Source of the DNA: Myxococcota bacterium
GTDB lineage: Bacteria > Myxococcota_A > Polyangia > Polyangiales > Sandaracinaceae
Assembly: GCA_036149055.1 (NCBI GenBank)
Contig: JAYZQJ010000233.1
Coordinates: 1 to 59,173 of the forward strand
DNA: 59,173 bases
Reading direction: 5' to 3'
Part shown: in pieces, positions 1 through 8,544 of the stretch
Numbering within the stretch: position 1 is the first letter of the stretch
How the letters are laid out: each line of letters opens with the position of its first letter
Made by a program: the position numbers and the translations under genes
Notes under the pieces: generated by a model
Told to the model about the DNA's origin: nothing
The model's database searches: none
Seen by the model: the letters and a program-made list of their open reading frames with translations, nothing else

Positions 1-1
1 C

Positions 2-1426
2 CCCCCGCCGCCCCGCCGCCCGGGCCTCGGCTTCGGCCTCTGACTCGGTCTCGGACTCGGCTTCGGACTCGGCTTCGGCTTCGGACTCGGCTTCGGCTTC
101 GGACTCGGCTTCGGACTCGGCCGTGACTTCGGCCTCGGCCTCGACCGCGCCCCCCGTCTCGGAAGCGGCGACCGGCTGCACCACCGGCGGCGGCGGCGCG
201 TCGTCCTCTCGCTCGCTCACCAGGCTCAGCGCGGCCACCACGCCCCCTCCCGCCAGCAGCGCGAGGAAGACCCCGATCACGCCGAGCAGCAGGATCTTCA
301 GCGCGGTCGATCCGCCCTCCGACGCCGCGGGCCTCGGCGGCGGCCAGGGCTGGGCCTGGACGCGCGCCTGCTCGGACAGCCGGGTGCCGGACTCGGCGAT
401 CGGCGCCTGGAAGTCGGTGCTCGACGCCATCATCGTCGGCAGGTGCGCGAGGTCGGCGCCGCGCGCCTCCTGGGTCGCGGGCATCGCGGCCGGCGGCGCG
501 CTGGCGATCGGCGTCCCGGCCACGCGCGTCTGCGGGTGGCGGCGCACCGCGCCTCCGAGCGCGTCCGCGGCCTGCCGGAGCGCGTCGCCCGCCGCCTGCG
601 CCGACGCGAAGCGCGCCGACGCCTCCTTGGCGAGCAGCCGCTCGAGCAGCGGCGCCAGCGGCCCCAGCGACGCCAGCTCCGAGGGCAGCGGCGGCACCGG
701 GGTGGAGAGGATCTGGTGGATCAGCGCGGCGGTCGAGGGCGCGAGGAACGGCAGCCGCCCGGTAATCGCCTCGTAGAGACAGATCCCGACCGCGTAGATG
801 TCCATGCAGGGGTGGGGGTCGGCGCCGTTGAACTGCTCGGGCGCCATGTAGGGCAGCGAGCCGAGGATCTGCTGGCTCTGGGTGATGCGCGAGAGGAAGT
901 TCTCGTCCATCGACGCGGCGAGCCCGAAGTCCAGGAGCTTCACGCCGACCACCCCGGTCGAGAGCAGGCCCACGTTCGAGGGCTTGAGGTCGCGGTGCAC
1001 GTTGCCGGCGGCGTGCACCTCGCTCAGGGCGTCGCAGAGCTCCGCGCAGATCGTCAGCGCCTCGCGCGGCGAGATGCGGCCCTCGCGCTCCAGCCGATCC
1101 TCGAGGGTCTCCCCCTCGAGCAGCTCCATCACGTAGAAGGGCCCGCACGTCTCGTCGACGCCGAAATCGGTGACCTGCGCGACCCGGGGCGTGGTCACCC
1201 GGGCGAGCGCCCGGGCCTCCCGGTTGAAGCGGCGGACCAGCTCGTCGCTCCAGCGCTCGAGCCGCAGCACCTTCAGCGCGAAGCGCCGGCCGAGGCCCAC
1301 GTGCTCGACCTCCAGCACCTCGCCCATGCCGCCCTGGCCGATCTGGCGCTGCACCACGTAGCGCTCCGCGATCGTCCTCCCGGGCGATAGCGGCTCCTGA
1401 CGACTCGGCTTGGCCGCGGCGCTCAC
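2..1426 (-). CDS. Membrane Hanks-type Ser/Thr protein kinase; C-terminus truncated by the window edge
   Basis: Not in the ORF track. Manual translation from GTG at 1426 gives MSAAAKPSRQ...IGQGGMGEV...ALKVL...HRDLKPSN...LLDFGLA...YMAPEQ...DIYAVG, then a TM segment (LKILLLGVIGVFLALLAGGGVV) and an Ala/Glu/Ser repeat linker. Confidence 0.92.
   Translation of the reverse strand, partial: MSAAAKPSRQEPLSPGRTIAERYVVQRQIGQGGMGEVLEVEHVGLGRRFALKVLRLERWSDELVRRFNREARALARVTTPRVAQVTDFGVDETCGPFYVMELLEGETLEDRLEREGRISPREALTICAELCDALSEVHAAGNVHRDLKPSNVGLLSTGVVGVKLLDFGLAASMDENFLSRITQSQQILGSLPYMAPEQFNGADPHPCMDIYAVGICLYEAITGRLPFLAPSTAALIHQILSTPVPPLPSELASLGPLAPLLERLLAKEASARFASAQAAGDALRQAADALGGAVRRHPQTRVAGTPIASAPPAAMPATQEARGADLAHLPTMMASSTDFQAPIAESGTRLSEQARVQAQPWPPPRPAASEGGSTALKILLLGVIGVFLALLAGGGVVAALSLVSEREDDAPPPPVVQPVAASETGGAVEAEAEVTAESEAESEAEAESEAEAESEAESETESEAEAEARAAGRRG
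24..144. repeat. Degenerate hexamer repeat (GACTCG/GCTTCG) encoding the AESEAE linker of the kinase
   Basis: Tandem 6-nt units visible directly, in frame with the minus-strand kinase. Confidence 0.8.
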
Positions 1427-1607
1427 GAAGGGCGAGTCTAGCAAGCGATGGCCGCGCCTGCTGCCCGCCGCTGAAAGAGCGGCGTAACCGTCATGGGTGC
1501 TGTCGCTCGGCTCCGTCACCGGTACTCTCTACGCTCGGTGGCGCCGAGACCTTGGCTGCCCCTCGGCAGCGAGGCGCCCCGCGGGAGTTGGGATGGACGG
1601 TCTTCAC

Positions 1608-4163
1608 ATGAGCTTTCGAGGGATCCTGGTCGCGCTGCTGCTCGTGGGCGGCGGCTGCGACGACGGGGTGATGGACGACCCGGACACCGGGGTGGAGCCG
1701 CCGCCGGTCGACGCGGGGCCGCCCGAGCCGGTCTCGGTGGACCACTGCACCTTCGAGCCGGTGCCGGGCACCGCGCGCGCGGGCGGGGCGGTCGAGTCGG
1801 GCGCGCTCTCCGCCGGGGTCGCCGAGGCCTTCCTCGACGTGCCGCTCGGCGCGAGCCTCGCCGCCTACACCTCGCGGTCCGACGGCGTCGGCGCCGAGGG
1901 CTTCCTCCCCGCGCCCGACGAGCGCCGCACCGACCTCGCCGGCTCCTTCGCCCCGTCGGTGGGCATCGAGACCGCGCCCAAGGTGCGGGTGCTCGCGCTC
2001 TCGGCCGGCGGCGAGACCGTCCTGATCATGAAGGTCGACCTCGCGTCCAGCTACCAGGGCTTCGTCTACGACGTCGAGGCCGAGCTCGGCCCGGAGTACG
2101 CCGGCAAGGTCATCATCGCGAGCAGCCACAGCCACTCGAGCTTCGGCAACTACTCGGGCCACTCCGCGCTCGCGGTCGGCTTCGGCCGCTTCCGCTCGAC
2201 CGTCTACCGCACGCTCATCGACCAGATGGTCGCCGCCGCGCGGGCCGCGGTCGACGCGATGCAGCCGGCCCAGATCGGCTTCGCCTACGACCCGACGTTC
2301 GACGAGGACGACCAGGTCAACCGCGACCGCCGCGGCGAGAACGACGAGCTCGCCGGCGGCCGCGAGGACGACCACCACCTCTTCGTGGTGCGCGTCGACG
2401 ACATGGAGGGCGCGCCGATGGCGCTGCTGCCGGTCTTCGGCATCCACGGCACCATGCAGGGCGGCGGCAACGCGCTGATCAGCACCGACTCGATCGGCGG
2501 CATCGAGCGCGTGCTCGAGGAGAGCTTCGACTCGGAGGTCCTCGTGATGCACCTGCAGGGCGCGGCGGGCGACGTCTCGCCGGCCGGCACCGGGGCCATC
2601 GACTGCAGCGGCGAGGAGGTCTGCGCCGACTTCGCCCGCCAGGAGACGGTGGGCGTCTACGCGCTCGAGGAGATCCGCGCCGCCTGGGAGGCGGCCGGCG
2701 AGTCGATGCGCGCCGAGGTGCCGATCGAGATGGTCACCCGTCAGGTCCCGCTCGGCCCCGACTGGACCACCTTCACCATCCGGGACGGCGCCCTCGAGTA
2801 CGCTCCCTGGGACGGACGCACCCCGGCCGACGGCGTCGTGTTCGACGAGGAGGGCAACCTCGTCTCGCCGATCGACGAGTTCAACGCGCCGTACGGCGCG
2901 GCGCTGTGCGGCGGCGGCGACATCGGCCTCCGGCTCCCCCGCTCCGCGCTGCCCGGCACCGACACCCTCGACGACCTCAGCTACCACAACTGCAACCGGA
3001 TCGAGCTCGTCGACCGGATCATCGAGGTCACCGTCGACGTGGAGCTCGACGATCCGCCGATCTGCGACACCACCCAGACCACGGTCAGCGCGCTCCGCAT
3101 CGGCGACTGGATGATGGGCACGCTCCCCGGGGAGCCGACGACCCTGCTCGTCAACCACCTGCGCACCCTGTCGCCGGTGCCGGCCGAGCAGACCATCGTG
3201 GTCGGCTACGCGCAGGATCACGGCGGCTACCTCCTGCGCCCCGAGGACTGGATCGCGAACGGCTACGAGCCGAGCATCACCTTCTGGGGCCCGCTCGAGG
3301 GCGAGTACGTGGCCGAGCAGACGGCGGCGATGATGGCCCTCGCGGCGACCGACGATCGCGAGGACGCGGCGGCGGACGGCGTCGACCGGGTGGCCACGCC
3401 GACCATCGTCGACGAGATCACGCTCGACACCACCAGCGCCGACGTCGGCTCGGTGCCCGGCGCGCTCCCCGACTACATGCTCACGCGGCTCCTGCGCCCG
3501 GTCACCCAGGCCCAGCCGGCGACCCAGGTCGAGCGGCTCCGGAGCGTGCACTTCACCTTCATCGGCGACGACCCGATCCGCGGCACCCCGCGCGTCTTCC
3601 TGCAGCGTGAGGTCGGAGGCGCGTTCGAGGACGTGGTCCGGCGCAGCGGCCGGCCGGTGATGGACGCGGACGTGATCCTCACCTGGACCCCCGACCCGAT
3701 CATGCGCGTCGCGGGGACCGAGCGGACGCACTACTACACGGTCGAGTTCCAGGCGGCGACGCCGATGGGCTTCCCGGGCCTCGACGGCCTCGCGGATCGG
3801 CGCGGCCTGCCGGCGGGCGCCTACCGCTTCCGCGTGGAGGGCCCCGGCTTCGAGCTGACGAGCGATCCCTTCGAGGTCGTGCCGGCGACGCTCAGCGAGA
3901 CCCACGAGGCGGCCGGCGCCGATCTCCGGGTCACGGTCGGCGTCGAGAGCACGGACGGCTACCGCCTCCTCGATCTCTCCGCGCGCAGCAACCGCTTCGT
4001 CCCGATCCGCGAGGAGGAGGTCACCGTCGCGCTCGACGGAGTGCCGCTCCCCGGCCCGATCACCACCGACGCGGAGGGCGCGCTCGTCGTGCCCGCCGGC
4101 GCCTCGGCCACCACGGTCACCGTCACCGACCGCTTCGGCAACACCGTCGACATCACGCCCTGA
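1608..4163 (+). CDS. Neutral/alkaline ceramidase-family lipoprotein
   Basis: Signal [17 protein letters not shown]. Ceramidase-type motifs SHSHS, FGIHGT, QGAAGDVSP, PGEPTT, GYAQDHGGY, GYEPS. Start chosen at ATG 1608 (alternative 1593). Confidence 0.8.
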   Translation: MSFRGILVALLLVGGGCDDGVMDDPDTGVEPPPVDAGPPEPVSVDHCTFEPVPGTARAGGAVESGALSAGVAEAFLDVPLGASLAAYTSRSDGVGAEGFLPAPDERRTDLAGSFAPSVGIETAPKVRVLALSAGGETVLIMKVDLASSYQGFVYDVEAELGPEYAGKVIIASSHSHSSFGNYSGHSALAVGFGRFRSTVYRTLIDQMVAAARAAVDAMQPAQIGFAYDPTFDEDDQVNRDRRGENDELAGGREDDHHLFVVRVDDMEGAPMALLPVFGIHGTMQGGGNALISTDSIGGIERVLEESFDSEVLVMHLQGAAGDVSPAGTGAIDCSGEEVCADFARQETVGVYALEEIRAAWEAAGESMRAEVPIEMVTRQVPLGPDWTTFTIRDGALEYAPWDGRTPADGVVFDEEGNLVSPIDEFNAPYGAALCGGGDIGLRLPRSALPGTDTLDDLSYHNCNRIELVDRIIEVTVDVELDDPPICDTTQTTVSALRIGDWMMGTLPGEPTTLLVNHLRTLSPVPAEQTIVVGYAQDHGGYLLRPEDWIANGYEPSITFWGPLEGEYVAEQTAAMMALAATDDREDAAADGVDRVATPTIVDEITLDTTSADVGSVPGALPDYMLTRLLRPVTQAQPATQVERLRSVHFTFIGDDPIRGTPRVFLQREVGGAFEDVVRRSGRPVMDADVILTWTPDPIMRVAGTERTHYYTVEFQAATPMGFPGLDGLADRRGLPAGAYRFRVEGPGFELTSDPFEVVPATLSETHEAAGADLRVTVGVESTDGYRLLDLSARSNRFVPIREEEVTVALDGVPLPGPITTDAEGALVVPAGASATTVTVTDRFGNTVDITP

Positions 4164-4791
4164 CGCCGCGGTAGGGGGCGGCCCCGGCCAACCCGACCCC
4201 CGACGACGTCTCCACCAGCACGCCCGCCTCGACGAGGCGGGCGAGCGCCAGCGCGAGGGCGGGCGACCGGCTCCAGGTCCGCACGCGCGACGAGGGGAGG
4301 GCGCCCCGCCCCGCGGCCCGGAGGAGCTGCTCGGAGGCGGCGGCCAGCGTCGCCTCGGCGGGCCCGGGATCGAGCAGGAAGCCCCGCTCCCGCCGCAGGC
4401 CCAGGCGACGCTCGATCTCGATCGTCTCGTACATCGTCCCGTCCGCCCAGCGAATCGTGGTGCTCCGCGCGACGCCGTCCGGGGCCAGCGCCCTCAGGAG
4501 CGACTCGGCGATCCCCCGGTGCAGCTCGGCCTCGCTCGCCCGCGCGTGATGCGCCGCCGACGCCACCGCGTACGCCACGAGCGCGACTGTGAGGAGCGCC
4601 AGCGAGGCCTCGAGCGAGTCGACGAGCCAGCCGTGGGCGACCACCACCGTCACCGCCGCGCCGCCCCCGAGGAGGACGCCGCGCAGCGAGATCCGGCTCG
4701 GCGCCGGGTAGGCTTCGTCGAGCCGGCGCGTGCGGGCCGCCGGATCGAGCGCCCGGACCTTCGACGCGATCGCGGCCTCGAGCTCCCTCAC
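4153..4791 (-). CDS. Hypothetical 2-TM membrane protein, PYRG paralog 3
   Basis: 212 aa, two hydrophobic segments, shares motifs with the two upstream ORFs. GTG start overlaps the upstream stop (GTGA). Confidence 0.75.
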   Translation of the reverse strand: MRELEAAIASKVRALDPAARTRRLDEAYPAPSRISLRGVLLGGGAAVTVVVAHGWLVDSLEASLALLTVALVAYAVASAAHHARASEAELHRGIAESLLRALAPDGVARSTTIRWADGTMYETIEIERRLGLRRERGFLLDPGPAEATLAAASEQLLRAAGRGALPSSRVRTWSRSPALALALARLVEAGVLVETSSGVGLAGAAPYRGVRA

Positions 4792-5420
4792 CGTCGCCCC
4801 CGGCTCGCGTGGCCTCGATACGGGTCACCGGGCGGGGTGGGGCGGATCCCTTCGGGCGTCCGCTCCAGCGCGCCCCGGCGCAGCAACCGGTGCAGCGCCA
4901 GCGCGGTGACGGGATCCTCGGTCCAGCGTCGGGCCGTCTCGCGGTCGAGGGTGCCGCGCTCCGCCGCCTCGCGCAGGCGGGTCTCGGCAGCTCGGACGCC
5001 GTCCCGGCTGGCGGGCTCGTCGAGCAGGAACGGGCCTTCGATCCGGAGGCCCAGGCGCCCGGCGAGGAACGGCGGGTCGACGTAGCGTGGAGGGCGCGCC
5101 TCGGGCAGGTCGGCGCGACGGGCCACCCCCCCTCCGGCCATGACCAGCGCGAGCATCGCCCTCGCGTCCTCCCTGCGCGCCCACGCGAGCCGCACGTCGC
5201 TCCGCCGCGCCCCCCAGATGACGCCGGCGGCGGTCGCGACGAGCGCCACGATCGGGCCCACGCAGAAGAGCCCACCCGATCCGGCCACCCAGTGCGCGAA
5301 GAGGAGGGCGCAGCCCGACGCCGCCGCCAGGACGAGCTCCCGGGTCCATCCGGGGGCGGTCTCCTCGGGACGGGGGAACGCGGCGTCCAGCCTCGCTTCG
5401 GCGCTCGCCCCGTCCCTCAC
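4788..5420 (-). CDS. Hypothetical 2-TM membrane protein, PYRG paralog 2
   Basis: C-terminal part of track ORF 4788..6317. Start GTG at 5420 (VRDGASAEARLDAAF) overlaps the upstream TGA. Shared motifs RLGL, FLLD, ALAL, PYRG. Confidence 0.75.
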   Translation of the reverse strand: MRDGASAEARLDAAFPRPEETAPGWTRELVLAAASGCALLFAHWVAGSGGLFCVGPIVALVATAAGVIWGARRSDVRLAWARREDARAMLALVMAGGGVARRADLPEARPPRYVDPPFLAGRLGLRIEGPFLLDEPASRDGVRAAETRLREAAERGTLDRETARRWTEDPVTALALHRLLRRGALERTPEGIRPTPPGDPYRGHASRGRR

Positions 5421-6088
5421 GCGCCCTCCGAGGGGCGCAGGCCGAGGGCGCCGACGCCACCGCGGTACGGCGTCGTGTCGCCGCGCGCGCGGAGCCCGGT
5501 GGGGGTCCAGCGCAGCGCTCCCTCCTCCACCAGCAGCTCGATGGCCAGCGCGAGGAGGGGAGCCCGCGGCTCGGCCGCGAGCAGCCCACGGGCAGCGGCC
5601 TCGCGCAGATCTGCGGTGGCCCGCCGCAGGGGGGCGTCGAGGGTCTCCGGGTCGATCAGCAGTCGCCCCCGCCGGACGAGGCCGAGGCGCTTCGCGATCC
5701 TCCCGACCTCGCGGCAGCGCGCCTCTCGAGGGTCGAGCCGGATGACCCCCTCGCCGGTCCCGAGTCGGGTCATCAGATAGATGGCCCGCTCGTGCTGGTC
5801 CCGCTGCCTGCCGAGGACGCGGAGCCCGACGGCGACCAGGGCGCAGTAGCCCAGCGAGAGTCCGACCATGCCGAGCACGGGCGAGGCCAGGGCTCCCAGG
5901 AGGCCCGCGATCGGCGCCCCCAGCGCGAGGAGGAGCACGAACCCCCCCGAGGCGCGATCGAGATCGAAGGCCGCGTCGACCCGGGGGAGACCACGCAGGC
6001 TCGCCGCGGCGCGGCGCAGCTTCGAGTCCTGCGCCTCGCGCTCGAGCTGCCGCATCCGGGCGTCGAGCGCCTCGTCGAGCTCGTTCAT
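5417..6088 (-). CDS. Hypothetical 2-TM membrane protein, PYRG paralog 1
   Basis: 223 aa, two hydrophobic segments, C-terminal TPYRG, paralogous to the next two ORFs. Confidence 0.75.
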   Translation of the reverse strand: MNELDEALDARMRQLEREAQDSKLRRAAASLRGLPRVDAAFDLDRASGGFVLLLALGAPIAGLLGALASPVLGMVGLSLGYCALVAVGLRVLGRQRDQHERAIYLMTRLGTGEGVIRLDPREARCREVGRIAKRLGLVRRGRLLIDPETLDAPLRRATADLREAAARGLLAAEPRAPLLALAIELLVEEGALRWTPTGLRARGDTTPYRGGVGALGLRPSEGA

Positions 6089-6133
6089 GCGCCGACAACA
6101 CGCCGCGCGGGCCGCGCATTGCGGGAACCGACG

Positions 6134-6538
6134 CTACTCGGTGTCGGTCTTCCGCTTTCCGAGGAGCTTGTCGTAGAGGACCGGGCCGAGGGCCTCGACC
6201 ATCATCTTCTCGACCGTGTTGGCGATCTTGTCCCGCTCCGCCTCGGACTCGTAGACGAAGCCGATGCCCATGCCGGGCTCCTGCTCCTCGTTCGAGGCCT
6301 CCTCGGTGACGATCCACTGGACCTTGCCCTTGATGGCCAGCGGCTCCTCGAGGGTGGGCACCTGGAGCTGGAACATGAACTCGGTGCCGATGGACAGCGG
6401 GTTCTTGGTGCGGATGAACGTGCCTCCACGGCTGATGTTCTTCGTGTAATCCGCGAAGAAGGAGTTCAGCCGCTTGTATTCGACCTTGAGGGCGATCGGC
6501 ACGCGAGGGTGGTCCCGCCGGTCAGATTCGTCCGACAC
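6134..6538 (-). CDS. Stand-alone PilZ-domain protein (myxobacterial TIGR02266-like)
   Basis: RRDHPR (RxxxR) and NISRGG (N/DxSxxG) c-di-GMP motifs, plus GKVQW and PGMGIGF. Confidence 0.88.
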   Translation of the reverse strand: MSDESDRRDHPRVPIALKVEYKRLNSFFADYTKNISRGGTFIRTKNPLSIGTEFMFQLQVPTLEEPLAIKGKVQWIVTEEASNEEQEPGMGIGFVYESEAERDKIANTVEKMMVEALGPVLYDKLLGKRKTDTE

Positions 6539-6714
6539 CACGGCACGATACGCCGGCCGACCGCCGGGTGGCAAAAGTCCGATCCAAGGGTCGTCGGGGA
6601 GCCGCGGTCAGAGCCCCGATGGAGGCCTCTACGCTCATCCCCGTCTTCGGCGGCCTGACACGGTTCGGCGGCCTTGGTACGCTCGCGCCCTCTCGCGAAC
6701 CCTCCATCTTCCCC

Positions 6715-7314
6715 ATGACCGAGCCCAGCGAAGCGGAGCTCCTCGAGGCGGCCCAGGGCGGCGACCGCCGTGCGTTCAGCCGTCTGGTGCGCAAGCACCA
6801 GCGGAGGGTCTACGCGTGCGCGGTCCAGATGCTGGGGGACGGAGGGGACGCCGACGACGCGGTCCAGGAGACCTTCATGCGGGCCTGGCGCGCGATCGCG
6901 CGCTTCGACGGTCGCAGCCAGCTCTCCACCTGGCTCTACCGGGTCTGCGTGAACGTCTGCCTCAACCACATCCGGAAGCGGAAGCGCCACGACGCGGCCG
7001 ACATCTCCGACCCGCGGGTCCCGGAGCCGAAGGCCGACCCGACCCAGGGCAGCTCCGACCCGGCCCGGGCCCTCGAGGCGAGGCAGCTCCAGGGGCGGAT
7101 CGCCGAGGCGCTCGACGGGCTCAGCGAGTCGCTCCGCACGACCGTGATCATGGTGCTCGTGCACGGCATGCCCCAGAAGGAGGCGGCCGAGGTGCTCGGG
7201 TGCTCGGAGGGCACGATCGCCTGGCGGATCCACGAGGCCCGGCGGCGCCTGCGGTTGGCGCTCGCGGCCGAAGAGGACCACACCGAGGACGAGGCAGGGA
7301 GAAGAGCGTCGTGA
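6715..7314 (+). CDS. ECF RNA polymerase sigma factor
   Basis: GDRRAFSRLV, DAVQETFMRAW, STWLYRV (region 2); EAAEVLGCSEGTIAWRIHEARRRLR (region 4). Confidence 0.92.
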   Translation: MTEPSEAELLEAAQGGDRRAFSRLVRKHQRRVYACAVQMLGDGGDADDAVQETFMRAWRAIARFDGRSQLSTWLYRVCVNVCLNHIRKRKRHDAADISDPRVPEPKADPTQGSSDPARALEARQLQGRIAEALDGLSESLRTTVIMVLVHGMPQKEAAEVLGCSEGTIAWRIHEARRRLRLALAAEEDHTEDEAGRRAS

Positions 7315-8525
7315 AGGAAGAGCTGCAGCGCCGGATCTCCGACGCGCTCGACGCCCCCGGCGGGCTCGAGGCGGACGCGGACCTGCGCGCGCTCCTCGAG
7401 GACGACGCGGACGCGGCCGGCTACGCCGCCGATCTGGCGGCCATCGACGGCGCGCTCGCGGCGCTCGGCGAGGGCTTCGAGGAGCCGGACTGGGACGCGC
7501 TCGCCGACCGGATCGACGCCGGCCTCGAGGCGGAGGAGGCGCTCGAGCCCCTCGACGTGACCGCCCCGCCGCCGATCTCGGACGAGATCCCCGAGGCCTC
7601 GCCGGTCGTCACGTCCCACGCCCGGCCGGTCGCCGCCGGGGTGGGGGGCGGCGAGGTGGTCGATCTCGAGGCGCGCCGGCGCCAGCGCCGGGTGTTCGCG
7701 GTGGTCGGCGGGCTCGCCGCCGCCGCCGCGGTGGCCCTCGGGGTCACCGCCGGCCTGACGATGCAGAGCGAGCCGCCCGCCGCCGAGAGCATGGCCGCGG
7801 CCCCCGCCAGCCCGGTGCCCGCCGGCGAGCCGATGGCCGACGAGGCGCCCACCCAGCCGGTGGCGCCCGCGCCCGGGTGGGCCGGCGCCGGCGCGGCCGA
7901 CGAGCCCGAGCTGGAGAGCGAGCTGGGCGCGGCCGCGGTCGCCGAGCCGGCGCTCGCCGAGATGCCGGCCGAGGAGCCCGAGATGGAGCCCTCGAGGACG
8001 CGCGCGCGGCGCGCCCGGGCGGGGAGCGTGGGGCTCGCCGACCGAGCGGAGGAGGACGGCTTCGACCTCGGCGGGGTCACCCGAGGCCGGGCCGGGGGCG
8101 CGCGCGGGGGCGGCGGCTCTGGCGCAGGCTCGGGGGGAGGAGGCGCGTCTCCCGCGGCGCCCGCCACCCTCACGCCGGCGTCCACCCCCGCGCGGACCGA
8201 GATCCTCGCCGCGCTGAGGCGCGTCGAGCCGGCCGTGCAGCGCTGCATCCAGGATCGCCGCGAGGTCGCCCGGGTCGCGCTGACGGTCGCGCCGAGCGGC
8301 GACGTGCGGGAGGTCGTGGTCTTCGCGCCCCACGCCGGCACGCCGGCCGAGGCCTGCATCGAGCGGGCGGTCCGAGGAGCGCGCCTGCCCGGCGCCGACG
8401 CCGAATACCGATACGCGCACCCCTTTCGCCCCGCCCCCGTCGCCGGGGGCACGCTGAGCCGCCCGCCCGCCGCCGCTCGCCGGATGCGCGAGGCCGCCGA
8501 GCCGACGCCCGCCGAGCGCCGCTGA
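7311..8525 (+). CDS. Putative single-pass anti-sigma factor with C-terminal TonB-C/AgmX-like domain
   Basis: GTGA-coupled to the sigma gene. Acidic N-terminal domain, TM (VFAVVGGLAAAAAVALGV), Pro/Ala/Glu linker, C-terminal VQRC...LTVAPSGDV...EACIERAVR with a Cys pair. Confidence 0.65.
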   Translation: MKEELQRRISDALDAPGGLEADADLRALLEDDADAAGYAADLAAIDGALAALGEGFEEPDWDALADRIDAGLEAEEALEPLDVTAPPPISDEIPEASPVVTSHARPVAAGVGGGEVVDLEARRRQRRVFAVVGGLAAAAAVALGVTAGLTMQSEPPAAESMAAAPASPVPAGEPMADEAPTQPVAPAPGWAGAGAADEPELESELGAAAVAEPALAEMPAEEPEMEPSRTRARRARAGSVGLADRAEEDGFDLGGVTRGRAGGARGGGGSGAGSGGGGASPAAPATLTPASTPARTEILAALRRVEPAVQRCIQDRREVARVALTVAPSGDVREVVVFAPHAGTPAEACIERAVRGARLPGADAEYRYAHPFRPAPVAGGTLSRPPAAARRMREAAEPTPAERR

Positions 8526-8544
8526 CGCGCTAGACTCGGGCCCC

